Source: Plasmodiophora brassicae (taxonomy: Eukaryota). Taken from it: a DNA stretch of 64,000 nucleotides. Under the pieces are notes generated by a model that was not told the DNA's origin, ran no database searches, and worked only from the letters and a program-made list of their open reading frames with translations. Positions 62,718-64,000 of the stretch are shown here, in pieces. How positions within the stretch are numbered: the stretch's first letter is position 1; every line of letters begins with the position of its first letter. Both the position numbers and the translations under genes were made by a program. The stretch is taken from positions 620,001 through 684,000 of the forward strand of contig CP145427.1 in NCBI GenBank assembly GCA_036867785.1, in the 5' to 3' direction.

Positions 62718-64000
62718 TCACCACCCCCCCGTACCTGAGGTGGACCGTTGCCGCGGGACGTTGATGAAATCGTTGTTGTCGTCATCGATGTCGACGCCGC
62801 CGGACTCGTTCCGTGCCTTCTTGGCGGGCGGCTTCAGGTCAATGCTGGGCGCGGACACGCGCTTCTTCCTGATCGACGATTTCCTCGCGGCGCCGTCGTC
62901 CGCCATGTCGCCGTTGTTCTTCTTCTCAGCGCCCTTCTCGATCAGACGAACGAGAATGTCGACACGCCGGCCCAGCTCCTGCGGCGACCTGCTCTTGAAG
63001 AAGTAGTCGAACAGGAACAACGGGGACGTTCGGATCGACACGTGCAGGCGGTCCCACTCGCCGTATCCGAATTCGCCTGCGCAAACAGCACCGTTGGGTA
63101 AAGCACTGGATTGCGACGACCACGAGCGGACCTGTCTTGACGAGAAGGTACCGGTCGTTGAGCTCCGTGTACCCTTTGCCCTTGTGCTGCGCGCCGTACT
63201 TGAACTCGAGCTGCGACATCGGGTCGGGACGGCACTGGTTCAGCTTGCGCTCGATGATCGCCTGGACATCGTTGGCGCGCACCAGGCGCCCTTCGCCCTT
63301 CTCGATGGCCTTCACGATCTTCTCCCAGCCGTCCAGCTCGGTGTACCGTGACCAGAACGTCTCGTGGTACGCTCGGACCTGTGTGGGAGTGTCACCGACG
63401 CATGATAAACCGGCCGCGCGTCATGCAGACCTCGTCCTCGGTCTTCGACGGGACCGATTTCGCGATCTGGTCAATGGCGTTGCGCCCGTGGCGTTCTGCG
63501 TGTACCATTCGTTCAGGCCATGTGCCCAGCGAACGCGTTCGAACCATCATACCCATGGCCCGCAGGTACTGGTTGAAGTCGCGCTTGTTCCAGTGCGAAT
63601 ACCCTTCCGCCAGCAGCGCCTCCTTCTCCGCCAGCTCTTCGTCGGTCAGCGCGGGCGGCAATGCGTCAATGTCGGGCGCATCCAGCGACAGCGACCAGCG
63701 CTCCAGCTCCCGTTCCGACAGTTCGATGATGCGGTCGCGACGAAGGAACTGCCCGAGTCTGATCAGGGACAGTGGCAACGGGAACACAGGCGAATGGGCG
63801 CGCGCGCACCTGGAAATCGAACAGCTGGGGCAGACGCTTCGGTCGGGGGACCAGGGACGGCCCCTTGCGCCGCGAGCGCTGGTCCCGTTCCATGACCTCT
63901 TTGTAGTACTGGTCGACGTCATAGCTGGTCCGCGGGCGAACGCGTTCCCGCTTGCCGAGAGCCTCGGACACCTTGTTCAGGAACGCCAGGTCGGATGCGG
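62718..64000 (-). CDS. ISWI: ISWI chromatin-remodelling ATPase, C-terminal HAND-SANT-SLIDE region (5' end outside window)
   Basis: GKRER...YDVDQYY, LFDFQF, LTDEELAEKEALLAEGYSHWNKRDF, SKTEDEV, IEKGE, YTELNDRYLL, FLFDYFFKSRSPQELGRRVDILVRLIEK. Confidence 0.95.

Overview
Eukaryotic, gene-dense, GC-rich window with very short (~50-70 nt) GT-AG introns. The style and gene content suggest a phytomyxid protist such as Plasmodiophora brassicae (inference only). Two arms of conserved genes flank a visibly more AT-rich accessory island (~24.7-47.6 kb). Left arm: ABCB transporter, MFSD5-like transporter, F-BAR-like protein, SmD3, Brr6/Brl1, lambda-crystallin-like dehydrogenase, class C GPCR, callose/1,3-beta-glucan synthase. 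Right arm: ADP1-like ABCG, Sel1-repeat protein, two Zn2Cys6 factors, DHHC palmitoyltransferase, YqgF, BEACH-WD40, ISWI. The island holds a duplicated 7TM gene, a secreted LRR gene built from ten 72-nt exons, a decayed Ty3/gypsy element, an internally deleted PIF/Harbinger element with TIRs and TTA target duplication, a Crinkler-like REase+kinase gene, an atypical kinase, and decayed copies of neighbouring genes. The most notable candidates are (i) two divergent paralogues of a chymotrypsin-fold protease with a Cys nucleophile (3C-like His/Asp/Cys triad), (ii) an apparently catalytically dead Rnl2-type RNA ligase, (iii) a glucan synthase with an extra N-terminal membrane domain, and (iv) the modular LRR exon array. 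All family calls come from motif recognition by eye; no searches were run.
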